This document shows positions 51,441 to 61,024 of a stretch of DNA of 64,000 nt, piece after piece; position 1 is the stretch's first letter; the number at the start of each line of letters is the position of its first letter. The notes below the pieces were generated by a model, which worked only from the letters and a program-made list of their open reading frames with translations, did no database searches and had not been told where the DNA came from. The translations under genes and the position numbers were made by a program. Origin of the DNA: an uncultured Trueperaceae bacterium (GTDB taxonomy: Bacteria; Deinococcota; Deinococci; Deinococcales; Trueperaceae); NCBI GenBank assembly GCA_963799485.1, contig CAWCXJ010000006.1, positions 128,001 through 192,000 on the forward strand. Direction: 5' to 3'.

Positions 51441-52388
51441 ATGTCTAACCCGCCTCCGCGTCTTATGCTCTCCGGCGACAGCAGCCCCGGTCAGGTACGC
51501 GCGGCCAATCAGGACAGCTTCTTTTTAGGCGCGACTCCATACGGGGCGCTTGCACTCGTCGCCGACGGGATGGGGGGGCACGTCAGCGGTGAACGCGCCA
51601 GCCGCAAAGCCCGCGACGCGCTCGTGCAGGCGCTTAAAAACGGTTCCAAGTACCCGCCCCTGGCGATTGCCCGGGCGGTGCAGCGCGCCAACTTGGAGAT
51701 ATTCGACCACGCGGCGGCCCACCCGGAAGATCATGGGATGGGGACGACGCTGACGCTCGTGCTTATCGACGACCATCTGGCGCTCGTCGGGCATGTGGGG
51801 GACTCACGGGCGTACCTCATTCGGGACGGGACGATTACCCAACTTACCCGCGACCACTCGTGGGTCGCCGACCGGGTGCGGCAGGGCCTTTTAAGTGGGG
51901 ACGAGGCGCGGCGACATCAGTGGCGCAACATCATCACCAACTCGGTCGGTACGCAGCCGACGCTCAGGCTCGAGCTGTCTGCCCTGACGTTGCAAGCGGG
52001 CGACCGACTGCTGCTCTGCAGCGACGGCCTCAGCCTGCTTTTAGCAGACGAACTGCTCCTCCAGATTGTTCAGCAGACCCCGCTCGAGGACGCTGCCCGC
52101 GAACTCGTCCGCCGCGCCGACGAACGCGGCAGCCCGGACAATGTAACGGCGCTCGTTTTGGAGGTCGCGGAGGTCGCCCCTCGGCCCAAAGCGTACACGC
52201 TACCCGCCGAGATGCCCGTGTCGGTCACGCTCGGTGAAGGTCCGGAAGGTCTTGCCGCCGTCGAAGCGGCGTTTAGCTACCGGGGCCGTTCGGCTCGCCT
52301 CAGGCGGCATCCGCTCTGGCCCTACCGCTGGTGGCTGCTGGGCTGCCTTTCGCTGCTGGCGCTGTTTGCTTTTTTCAGCTTTCGCTAG
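51441..52388 (+). CDS. PP2C-family Ser/Thr phosphatase with C-terminal TM
   Basis: VADGMGG, HVGDSR, CSDG, DNVT. Confidence 0.93.
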   Translation: MSNPPPRLMLSGDSSPGQVRAANQDSFFLGATPYGALALVADGMGGHVSGERASRKARDALVQALKNGSKYPPLAIARAVQRANLEIFDHAAAHPEDHGMGTTLTLVLIDDHLALVGHVGDSRAYLIRDGTITQLTRDHSWVADRVRQGLLSGDEARRHQWRNIITNSVGTQPTLRLELSALTLQAGDRLLLCSDGLSLLLADELLLQIVQQTPLEDAARELVRRADERGSPDNVTALVLEVAEVAPRPKAYTLPAEMPVSVTLGEGPEGLAAVEAAFSYRGRSARLRRHPLWPYRWWLLGCLSLLALFAFFSFR

Positions 52389-52424
52389 GCTCGTCCAACT
52401 CTCGAAAACTTGTATGCTAAACCC

Positions 52425-52803
52425 ATGCGAAACCCTGTCCAGACCGACCACGCCCCCGCTGCTATCGGCCCTTACGCGCAGGCTGTCCGGGTCGACAACC
52501 TGCTCTTTACCTCGGGTCAGATTCCGCTCAGGCCCGACGGCACACTTTTAGAGGGCGACGTCCGGGCGCAAACCGAGCAAGTGCTTAAAAACCTTCGGGC
52601 GGTGCTCGAAGCGGGGGGCTCGAGCCTCGCCAACGTCGTGAAATGCACCTGTTTTTTAGCCGATATGGGCGACTTTGCGGCGATGAACGAGGTTTACGGG
52701 ACGTTTTTCGGCGACAGTCCACCTGCCCGGAGCGCCGTCGAGGTCGCGCGGTCTACCTCGGGACGTAAAGATCGAAATCGAAGCAGTGGCGAGTACAGGG
52801 TAA
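52425..52803 (+). pseudogene. ridA: RidA family enamine deaminase with +1 frameshift near 52752 (possible sequencing error)
   Basis: APAAIGPYAQA, SGQI, PARSAVEVAR; deleting one base gives LPRDVKIEIEAVASTG*. Confidence 0.9.
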
Positions 52804-53116
52804 ACTCAAGCTGCCCACTGCCGAACCCGGCTGCCCGGCGACCCGTTCCGACCTCGCGTACCCAACAAACGCAGCGCCTACAGCTTGGCGTAGCAAGAAC
52901 AGGCCGGGACGTAAAGGCGCGGCGACAGAGAACGCCGGAGAAAACGTCGGCGGGTTTTTACGGCGCGAGTAGGGCCTTACTCTGCCAAGCATAACGTTGC
53001 TAAAGGTAAAGCCCCCGCCCCCCGTGCGATGAGACGTGCGGAGGCTAGATTACTGTAGGCTCTTTTTGGCTCGGAAAACGTAAAAAACTGCACAGGCCGC
53101 GCAGGCAAACGGCTCT

Positions 53117-53398
53117 TCAAGCAGCGATGGGGTTTGTTTCTTTTTCGGCGGTCTCACGGCTTTTAAGGACGCTGTTCTTTTGAACCTCGAGCAGCGCCAG
53201 CGGCGACTGTCTAAAAACCTCGCCGAACAAAAACGCGACGTCTGCCGTCAGGATTTGCGCGCCGCTGAGGAGCTGAACGATGAAGTCCGGCTCGAGCCGA
53301 GTTGCCTCAGCTAGTCCGGCAATGCTGAGTTCGTGTGCTTGGAGTAACGTATTCAAGTAGGTGCCGAAGTGTTTAGGTGTCGCCGCCGACTGCCCCAT
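53117..53398 (-). CDS. HigA-like XRE HTH protein
   Basis: H.G.YL...LAEA...G...LTAD.A......F..SP.....Q pattern. Confidence 0.65.
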   Translation of the reverse strand: MGQSAATPKHFGTYLNTLLQAHELSIAGLAEATRLEPDFIVQLLSGAQILTADVAFLFGEVFRQSPLALLEVQKNSVLKSRETAEKETNPIAA

Positions 53399-53732
53399 AT
53401 TTCCCCTTTTTAATGCTGCTTGGGTCCCCCGCCAGCATCATTCAAGGGTATATACACTGTGTCGGCTGAACTGTGTAATAGTTCGCGCTTCACCTTCACA
53501 TTTTCTTCATAAACGCCCCGACACAAGGACGCCGGAACAATGAGCTGGTATCAGCTGCAGCTACGCCACAAGCTGCAGGGTTGAAGGCTTTACAGTTTGC
53601 AGGGGCCTACGCCTGTTCAGGCCGGAACACCGTCTCACCGAAGCTGTCGTTTTAGAATCGCAACAACCATAGGACAGTAAAGTGGTACGGTCGTAGGTAG
53701 GTACCCAATACCAGGGGTGGATTACTGAGCAA

Positions 53733-53857
53733 ACACAAGACAGCAGGCACAAGACAGCAGGCACAAGACAGCAGACGCAAGACAGCTGAGGCGGCCCGCA
53801 GGGTCGAAACGAAGCTGTGTTCTTTCTGCACACCCAAGCGACGCACACCCAAGCGAC
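53733..53857. repeat. 14-nt repeat x4 plus 15-nt repeat x2
   Basis: RCACAAGACAGCAG 53733-788; GCACACCCAAGCGAC 53828-857. Confidence 0.93.
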
Positions 53858-53934
53858 CTCGAGCCGCGCGCAAACCGGAGCAGCCTGAATATGTGTCATT
53901 TTTTTGTAATACTTGCGCCTTTATAATCGTCCGT

Positions 53935-56634
53935 GTGACGACGCCCGACTATCCCAAAGATAAAGCTCGCTTGCACGAGTTGAGGCGTTACCGGATTCTG
54001 GACACCGAACCTGAAGCTGCGTTCGAGCGTATCATCGGGCTCGCGCAGCGACTTTTTGGCGTGCCTACCGTCTTGGTCAACTTTATCGCCGAAGACCGGG
54101 GCTGGTCCAAAGCCGGCTGCGGAACCGAAGCCTTTGGGGCCGACCTCGAGCCCGCGTTTTGCCGCTACGTGGTCGAGCAGGGCAACGTGCTGGTCGTCCC
54201 GGACGCCCGCAAAGACCCGCGTTTTAGCGGGGTAGACTGCGTAACCTCCGCGCCGTTTATCCGTTTTTACGCGGGCGTGCCTCTGACGACGCCGCGCGGC
54301 TACCACCTCGGGACGCTCTGTCTTATCGACCGTGTGCCCCGCACCGACTTCGGCGACAAGGCACAAAAGACACTTGTAGACCTCGCCGCGTTGGTCGCCG
54401 ACGAGCTCGAGCTGCGCCTCCTCGCCCATGAGAGCCGCACGCACTCGGAACGTATCACCACGGTTTTTGAAAGCATCACCGACGCGTTTTACACGCTCGA
54501 CCACGCGTGGCGCTTTACCTACCTGAACACCCAGACCGAACGGCTTCTCAGACGCAGCGCCGCTGAACTACTCGGGCAGGAGCTGTGGACGGCGTTTCCC
54601 GAAGTGAAGGATTCGCTGCTCGAGCACACCTACCGCGAGGCGGTTCAAACGGGTACGGCTGCCGCTTTCGAGTTCTTTTTCCCGCCGCTAGCAGGTTGGT
54701 ATGAGGTTCGCGCTCACCCTTCTAGTGGCGGCTTGTCCGTCTATTTTCAGGACATCAGCGGTCGTAAAGTGGCGGAGCGGCGCGCCGAGCTGCACGCGGA
54801 ATTTCGCCGCAGCTTGCTCAGCTTTACCCAGACGTCGCTGCAACGCGGGCTTGGTGAGGAATTTTATCAGACGCTTTTAGAGAACGCGGTTAAAACGATT
54901 CCCGGCGCGCAGGCCGGCAGTCTGCTGCTCAAAAAAGGCGAGGGGCATCATTTTGTCGCCGCCGTCGGGTTCGACCTTGCGGCGCTGCAACGCTGCACCT
55001 TTTCTGCAGAAGATTTTATCTTCGATCTCAACTTGCCCGAACCGCAGCTCGTTTACGCGTGGCAGGTCGAGGCACTCGACGACGAGCAGCGTCAGGTTAT
55101 GGAAAAGCACGGGTTGTCCAACGATATCGCCGTATCGCTCTGTTTACCGATCCTCGTCGAAGGGCAGACCGTGTTGTCGCTCTACCTAGACAACTTCGAC
55201 ACCAAAGATGCTTTTGACGAAGACGCGGTCGAGATGGCCCGCGTTTTGGCGCAGCAAGCGGCGGCCTTGATGCAGCGTATGGAGTTAGAGACGACCTTGA
55301 AAAAGCAGGGGGAAGCGCTCGAGCAACTTGCTCACTACGACCCTACGACAGGTCTGCCCAACCGCCGGCTACTCAACGACCGGCTCGAGCAGGCCGCGGC
55401 GCAGGCGCGGCGGCACGCCCGGCCGCTGACGGTGATGTTTCTCGACCTCGACAACTTCAAGCAGATTAACGATACCTACGGGCACGCTTTCGGGGACAGC
55501 TTGATCGAGGCGGTCGCGACCCGTCTGGCCTGCAGCGTTCGTGAGGGCGACACGCTGGCGCGCTGGGGTGGCGACGAGTTTACAATCGTTTTACCCGACT
55601 TAGGTGATGTGCGTGAGGTCACCGCACTTGCCGAACGGCTGCTCGAAGGGCTGCGCCGACCTTTTTTGCTGGAGGGTCGCTGGATTCGTACAAACGCCAG
55701 CATCGGCATCGACGTTTGCCCCAACGGGCTGGCGACCGCCGCCGACCTCATCAAAAATGCCGACATCGCGCTCTACCGTGCCAAGGCCAACCGGGGCAGC
55801 TTTGAGTTTTTTACCGACCGGATGAAGGAGAAGTTGCGCGCCCGGGTCGAGCTTGGCGAGGACTTGAGAACAGCGCTCGAGCGGGGTGCGCTTACGCTGC
55901 ACTACCAACCTCGTATCGATCTGGTAACGGGCGAGGTCGCAAGCCTCGAGGCGCTCGCCCGCTGGGTTCACCCGGGCAGGGGTGCGGTTCCGCCGGGGCG
56001 TTTTATCCCGCTCGCCGAGGAGCTGGGACTGATCCGGCAGTTAGGAGCCCAGGTTTTGGACAAGGCGTGCGCCCAGGCCAAGGTCTGGCAGGACGCCGGG
56101 CTTGGGCGGCGGGTTGCCGTCAACTTGTCCGTCGAGCAGCTTAGCCACCCTGGGGTCGTGGCGGAGGTGCAAGCGGCGCTGCGTCGGCACGCACTCCCCC
56201 CCGAACTGCTCGAGCTGGAGATCACCGAGAGCACCGCTATGACCAACGTCGAGGAGAGTATCGAAAAGCTCCGGCAACTCCGTGACACCGGCATACACCT
56301 GGCTATCGACGATTTCGGTACGGCGTATTCGTCGCTCGCGTATCTCAACCGTTTACCGGTTCACAGCCTTAAAATCGACCGCTCGTTCATCCAGAATATG
56401 GGCGTCGCCACGCAGACCGAACAAGGCAGCTTCAAGATCGTCCAGGCGATCCTTGCGCTCGGTAAGAGCCTGGGGCTCTGCGTCGTGGCTGAAGGTGTGG
56501 AAACGGAGGCGCAGCGCCTGGCCTTGTCAGCGTTCGGGTGTGACGAGGCGCAGGGGTACCTGTTCGCCAAACCGCTGCCTGCCGACGAAGCCTATAAACT
56601 CTTGACCGGAAAATCCCTGCTCGCCTGTAGTTAA
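53935..56634 (+). CDS. GAF-PAS-GAF-GGDEF-EAL diguanylate cyclase/phosphodiesterase
   Basis: IRFYAGVPL GAF, FESITDAF PAS, RxxD + GGDEF, EAL, DDFGTAYSS, EGVE, QGY; TATAAT 7 nt before GTG. Confidence 0.95.
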   Translation: MTTPDYPKDKARLHELRRYRILDTEPEAAFERIIGLAQRLFGVPTVLVNFIAEDRGWSKAGCGTEAFGADLEPAFCRYVVEQGNVLVVPDARKDPRFSGVDCVTSAPFIRFYAGVPLTTPRGYHLGTLCLIDRVPRTDFGDKAQKTLVDLAALVADELELRLLAHESRTHSERITTVFESITDAFYTLDHAWRFTYLNTQTERLLRRSAAELLGQELWTAFPEVKDSLLEHTYREAVQTGTAAAFEFFFPPLAGWYEVRAHPSSGGLSVYFQDISGRKVAERRAELHAEFRRSLLSFTQTSLQRGLGEEFYQTLLENAVKTIPGAQAGSLLLKKGEGHHFVAAVGFDLAALQRCTFSAEDFIFDLNLPEPQLVYAWQVEALDDEQRQVMEKHGLSNDIAVSLCLPILVEGQTVLSLYLDNFDTKDAFDEDAVEMARVLAQQAAALMQRMELETTLKKQGEALEQLAHYDPTTGLPNRRLLNDRLEQAAAQARRHARPLTVMFLDLDNFKQINDTYGHAFGDSLIEAVATRLACSVREGDTLARWGGDEFTIVLPDLGDVREVTALAERLLEGLRRPFLLEGRWIRTNASIGIDVCPNGLATAADLIKNADIALYRAKANRGSFEFFTDRMKEKLRARVELGEDLRTALERGALTLHYQPRIDLVTGEVASLEALARWVHPGRGAVPPGRFIPLAEELGLIRQLGAQVLDKACAQAKVWQDAGLGRRVAVNLSVEQLSHPGVVAEVQAALRRHALPPELLELEITESTAMTNVEESIEKLRQLRDTGIHLAIDDFGTAYSSLAYLNRLPVHSLKIDRSFIQNMGVATQTEQGSFKIVQAILALGKSLGLCVVAEGVETEAQRLALSAFGCDEAQGYLFAKPLPADEAYKLLTGKSLLACS

Positions 56635-57028
56635 GGCTGGCAATTTCTCGCAGTAAGATAACGCTAACTTGACGGCAGTAGGTAGACACCGGTACAGGGG
56701 TTGTCCGGAACGCACTTCAAAGTCGGCTACTGCAAGCACGCGCACCCCGGACGCCAAGGTCGTTGCCGGCAACGCGCGGAAGTAGCCGCGTCCGCCAAGG
56801 CGTTCGTAACGTCTACCGGCAAGTCCGGCGCGCGCCCGAAACAGCCCCGCCCGCGACAAGATCAGCTCGCTACTCACAATCTGACATGAAGGCTCGAGCG
56901 GTGTTGGTCTATCCCTGTACCGAATACCGCGTGTGCGCGTTTTACCGGCTGGAGCTACTTGGGGAACGCGCAGCCGTTACAAAGCCCCTGCGTTTACGCC
57001 CGTAAACTGAGCTTATGGCAGGTCAACC

Positions 57029-57892
57029 GTGACGCTTTCAACCTCGGTCCGTGCCAAAGCGCACGCGCACCTTGCGCTGGCCCGCATTTCAAATGCGCCT
57101 ACGGTCGTCAGCAACGTTTTGGCGGGCGTCGCGCTAGCAGGCGCGACTTCTCCCGTGACCCTCGGCGCAACGCTGCTGCTGGCCCTGGCGATGGTGCTTT
57201 ACTACACTGCCGGAATGTACCTAAACGACCTGTTCGACTTGGGGGTTGACCGGCTCGAGCGCCCCGAGCGTCCGCTACCCTCAGGCCGTTTGACGCAAAC
57301 CGAAGCCCTGGGGACGACGGTTCTGCTCTTTAGTATCGGCACGTTTTGTTTGTCGCTTTTAGGCGCCGCGCCCCTAATCAGTGGTCTCGTGCTGGTCGCT
57401 CTGATCGTGTTTTACGATGCGTGGCACAAGACGAACCCGCTCAGCCCGGTGCTGATGGCGAGTACGCGGGTGATGGTCTATTTTACGGCGTTCGTCGCCT
57501 TTGCCCCGGCGCTCACCTTCGCCCTGCTCTTCTGGGCGCTGCTGCTCGGGCTCTATATCGTCGGTCTGACCTATATCGCCAAAACCGAAACCGACACCCT
57601 GACCGGCTACTGGCCCGCGGCGCTGCTCTACCTGCCTGCGCTTATCGGCGCGCTCGCCCTGCCCTGGGCGGGGTTCTGGCTGCCGCTCGCGCTGGCGCTG
57701 TGGGTTACCTACAGCGCGTCGTTCGTCTATCTGTCGCGGCGAGTCGGGCAGGCCATCGGTCAGCTGATCGCCGGGGTTTCGCTCCTAGACGCGCTCGTGA
57801 TTATGCTTTTTGGTACGGCGGGCGGCGTGGTCTGGGCGCTCTCGGCGTTTGCCTTGACGCTTTTGCTGCAGCGCTACATCCGGGGAACGTAA
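57029..57892 (+). CDS. eboC: UbiA-family prenyltransferase (EboC-like)
   Basis: RISNAPT, GMYLNDLFD..D..ERPERPLPSG, YDAWHK. Confidence 0.78.
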   Translation: MTLSTSVRAKAHAHLALARISNAPTVVSNVLAGVALAGATSPVTLGATLLLALAMVLYYTAGMYLNDLFDLGVDRLERPERPLPSGRLTQTEALGTTVLLFSIGTFCLSLLGAAPLISGLVLVALIVFYDAWHKTNPLSPVLMASTRVMVYFTAFVAFAPALTFALLFWALLLGLYIVGLTYIAKTETDTLTGYWPAALLYLPALIGALALPWAGFWLPLALALWVTYSASFVYLSRRVGQAIGQLIAGVSLLDALVIMLFGTAGGVVWALSAFALTLLLQRYIRGT

Positions 57893-57902
57893 GGAGTTGG
57901 AA

Positions 57903-59318
57903 ATGCAAAAAACAGTTGTGCTCAACGTCGTCGGCCTCACCCCTGAACTGATCGGCGACCATACACCGAAGATAAAAACGTTTGCTGAACGGGGCAAGCT
58001 CGCCACCATCGAAGAGGTCGTCCCGGCCGTGACGTGCAGCGCGCACGCCACCTATTTGACCGGCACATTGCCTGATGAGCACGGCATCGTCGGGAACGGC
58101 TGGTACTTCCGCGACGAGTGCGACGTACGGTTTTGGCACCGCTCGGACAAACTCATCCAAAGACCCCGGCTTTGGGACGTCGCGCGGGCTTTCGAGCCGG
58201 ACTTTACGGTGGCGAACCTGCACTGGCGTTACGCGACCTATTCGTCGGCGGATTACGCCGTCATCGAACGCCCGATGTACCCCGCCGACGGGCGCAAGCT
58301 CCCGGACATCTACGCGTGGCCGCACGACCTGCGCGGTGAACTTGTCAAAGAACTCGGCGATTTTCCGCTGTTCAACTTCTGGGGGCCGAACAGCAGCATC
58401 AAGGGGAGCCGCTGGATTGCCGGCGCTGCCAAGTTCGTCGATACAAAGCACGACCCGACCCTGACGCTCGTGTACCTGCCGCACCTCGACTACGCTCTGC
58501 AGCGGTTCGGGCCGGATATACCCAAGGTGGCGCAGGATTTGCGCGACATCGACGCGGTAACAGGTGACCTTATCGACTTTTACGAGGCGAAAGGCGCGCA
58601 GATCACGCTTGTTTCGGAATACGGCATCGACTTTGTGGACAAGCCGGTTCACCTCAACCGGATGCTCCGCGAACAGGGGCTCTTGAGTCTCCGTGAAGAG
58701 CTGGGTTTGGAGCAGATCAACTTCGGGATGAGCGAGGCGTTTGCAGTCGCCGACCATCAAATTGCCCACGTGTACGTAAACAATCCTGAAAAATCAGGTC
58801 GGGTGCGCGGGCTACTCGAGTCCACCCCCGGCGTCGCCGAAGTGCTGGACCGCGAGGGGCAGAAAAAGTACGGGCTTAGTCACCCCCGCGCCGGCGACCT
58901 CGTCGCGCTCGCCGAACCCGGCGCCTGGTTTACCTACTACTACTGGCAAGACGACCGAAAAGCGCCCGACTTCGCCCGCACGGTGGACATTCACCGCAAA
59001 CCCGGTTACGACCCCGCCGAGCTGTTTATGAACCCCGCGCTCAAAAATCCCAAACTTAAAGCCGCCGGGGTTGTAGCTAAAAAGAAACTCGGCTTTCGCT
59101 ACCTGATGGACGTGATCGGTCTCGACGCGACGCTCGTGCGGGGTTCGCACGGTCTTCGGAGCCGCACCGCAGCAAAAGCGCCGGTTTTTGTAACGCAGCA
59201 AACGCAGCAGCTGCCGCAAGACCGCATCGGCGCGACCGACGTGTTCGAGCTTATCCTAAGTCACCTGGGCGTCGCCGAACCGCTTTTGGAGCGTAAAGCT
59301 TCGGCGGTGCCGCGCTGA
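57903..59318 (+). CDS. eboF: Nucleotide pyrophosphatase/alkaline phosphatase family (EboF-like)
   Basis: NVVGLT, PAVTC, HGIVGNGWY, YLPHLDY, SEYG, ADHQIAH, DIHRKPGYDP, GSHG. Confidence 0.85.
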   Translation: MQKTVVLNVVGLTPELIGDHTPKIKTFAERGKLATIEEVVPAVTCSAHATYLTGTLPDEHGIVGNGWYFRDECDVRFWHRSDKLIQRPRLWDVARAFEPDFTVANLHWRYATYSSADYAVIERPMYPADGRKLPDIYAWPHDLRGELVKELGDFPLFNFWGPNSSIKGSRWIAGAAKFVDTKHDPTLTLVYLPHLDYALQRFGPDIPKVAQDLRDIDAVTGDLIDFYEAKGAQITLVSEYGIDFVDKPVHLNRMLREQGLLSLREELGLEQINFGMSEAFAVADHQIAHVYVNNPEKSGRVRGLLESTPGVAEVLDREGQKKYGLSHPRAGDLVALAEPGAWFTYYYWQDDRKAPDFARTVDIHRKPGYDPAELFMNPALKNPKLKAAGVVAKKKLGFRYLMDVIGLDATLVRGSHGLRSRTAAKAPVFVTQQTQQLPQDRIGATDVFELILSHLGVAEPLLERKASAVPR

Positions 59319-59329
59319 GCACCGCCTGC

Positions 59330-60676
59330 TTACGAAGGGGCGCTCGAGCCCTCGGCCTCGGACTGGCGCCCTTGTGCGCGAATAAACCACCACTCGCCGC
59401 CGAAGATCAGCACCAACCCCGCCACCGCGATACCGAGTACCGTAGGGTCGGACTGCGCCTTGACCGCTAAAAATGCGCCCAGCACGACCACATCGAGAAC
59501 CATCGCCGTAATCAGCACCCACGCCTTGGCTTTTACGTCCTCGCGTGTATAGCGCAGCACCCCCCACTGCACCGCGATGTCCATGATGATGTAAAAGATC
59601 GCCCCGAGCGAGGCGATCCGGCTGAGGTCGAAAAATACGGTCAAGAGCATGGCGATTAGAGTGGTGTAGAGAAGCGTGTGCGCCTGCGTATCACCGGGTA
59701 AGCCGAAACCCCGGTACGGCGCGAGTCTCATATCGGTGAGCATGGCGAGCATCCGCGACACCGCAAACACACTTGCAATCACGCCCGATACGGTAGCGAC
59801 GATCGCGAAGCCGACGGTGAGCCATAAACCGGCCTGACCGAAAGCGGGTCTCGAGGCTTGCGCGAGCGAATAATCTTTCGCCTGCACGATTTCCTGAATC
59901 CCTAGATTGCTCCCGACCGCGAGCGTCACGAGCAGATACACCACCACGCAGATACTTATAGAAACGATGATAGCTCGTCCCACGTTCTTGTGCGGTTTTT
60001 TAATCTCGCCGCCGCTGTTGGTAATCGTCGTAAACCCTTTGTAACCCAGAAGTGCTAAAGCGACCGCACCTAAAAAGCCGCCGGCACTCGTTCCGGTCGG
60101 GCTTAAAGAGACACTCTCGAACGAGAACCCGGCGGCCCACAAACCGCCGCCTGCGAGCAGCAGCAAACCGCCGATTTTGATAAACGCCATGACGAACGAA
60201 AAGCTCTGGATAAACTTGTTGCTCAAAATATTGATAAAAAAAGCGAAGACGAGCAGCCCGACGCCGAGTGCCGGAACCAGCCAGCTGTTCTCGCCGACGT
60301 CAAACAGCTGGAGCGTATACGTTCCGAACGTTCTGGCGACGAGGCTTTCGTTAATCACCATCGAAAAATACATCAGGAGGGCGCTCGCCCCCGTAACAGC
60401 CGTTTTGCCGTAAGCTTTTTGCAAGATCATCGCAATACCGCCCGCCGACGGATACGCGTTCGACATTTTTACATACGAGTAGGCGCTAAAGCCCGCGACC
60501 AAGGCCGCCGCGAGAAAGGCAAAGGGAAACCATTTGCCCGCGAGTTCGGCGACTTGTCCGGTCAAGGCGAAGATACCCGCGCCGATCATCACGCCCGTGC
60601 CCATCGACACCGCGCCGGTCAGCGACAGGCTGTTCTGCTGATAGCCCGAAGATTGTTCGTTGTTTTCTTTTGTCAT
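59330..60676 (-). CDS. APC family permease
   Basis: GVMIGAGIFAL, YPSAGG, KGFTTITN; about 12 TM. Confidence 0.9.
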   Translation of the reverse strand: MTKENNEQSSGYQQNSLSLTGAVSMGTGVMIGAGIFALTGQVAELAGKWFPFAFLAAALVAGFSAYSYVKMSNAYPSAGGIAMILQKAYGKTAVTGASALLMYFSMVINESLVARTFGTYTLQLFDVGENSWLVPALGVGLLVFAFFINILSNKFIQSFSFVMAFIKIGGLLLLAGGGLWAAGFSFESVSLSPTGTSAGGFLGAVALALLGYKGFTTITNSGGEIKKPHKNVGRAIIVSISICVVVYLLVTLAVGSNLGIQEIVQAKDYSLAQASRPAFGQAGLWLTVGFAIVATVSGVIASVFAVSRMLAMLTDMRLAPYRGFGLPGDTQAHTLLYTTLIAMLLTVFFDLSRIASLGAIFYIIMDIAVQWGVLRYTREDVKAKAWVLITAMVLDVVVLGAFLAVKAQSDPTVLGIAVAGLVLIFGGEWWFIRAQGRQSEAEGSSAPS

Positions 60677-61024
60677 AACTCGCCCCTTTAGCAACCGGTT
60701 TGGTGCTTTCGAGTTTTGCTCGAGCAGGTCAACACGGTCGGGTCAACGGTAGATTGCCGGGTTGGTGTGACGCGGCGCCGGGTAGTTTCAGCTACTCAGC
60801 TTTTTATATTACCTCGTCAGCGAGATATTGACCGAGTAAGGGCTGTCTAAGCCAAGCCGACGCGATGAGCGCGCGCCGTGAAGTCACACGCTGGTGAAGG
60901 GCAGAAGCGAGATCTCTCTGGTCTTGCACCTGACTTCCCGAAGCCGGTACAGCGGTGGGACAAACCAGCGGTGGGACAAAACGAAACCGAAAGGACGATA
61001 AATTCGGAGGTTGACTGTGCTGTA

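Noticed and set aside
40491..53857. Tandem arrays as CRISPR
   Set aside because: Units are 13-15 nt and contiguous, with no unique spacers and no cas genes
57801..58769. Long antisense ORFs (also 13484-14497, 50384-51283 and others)
   Set aside because: Shadow ORFs of GC-rich genes with no recognisable motifs
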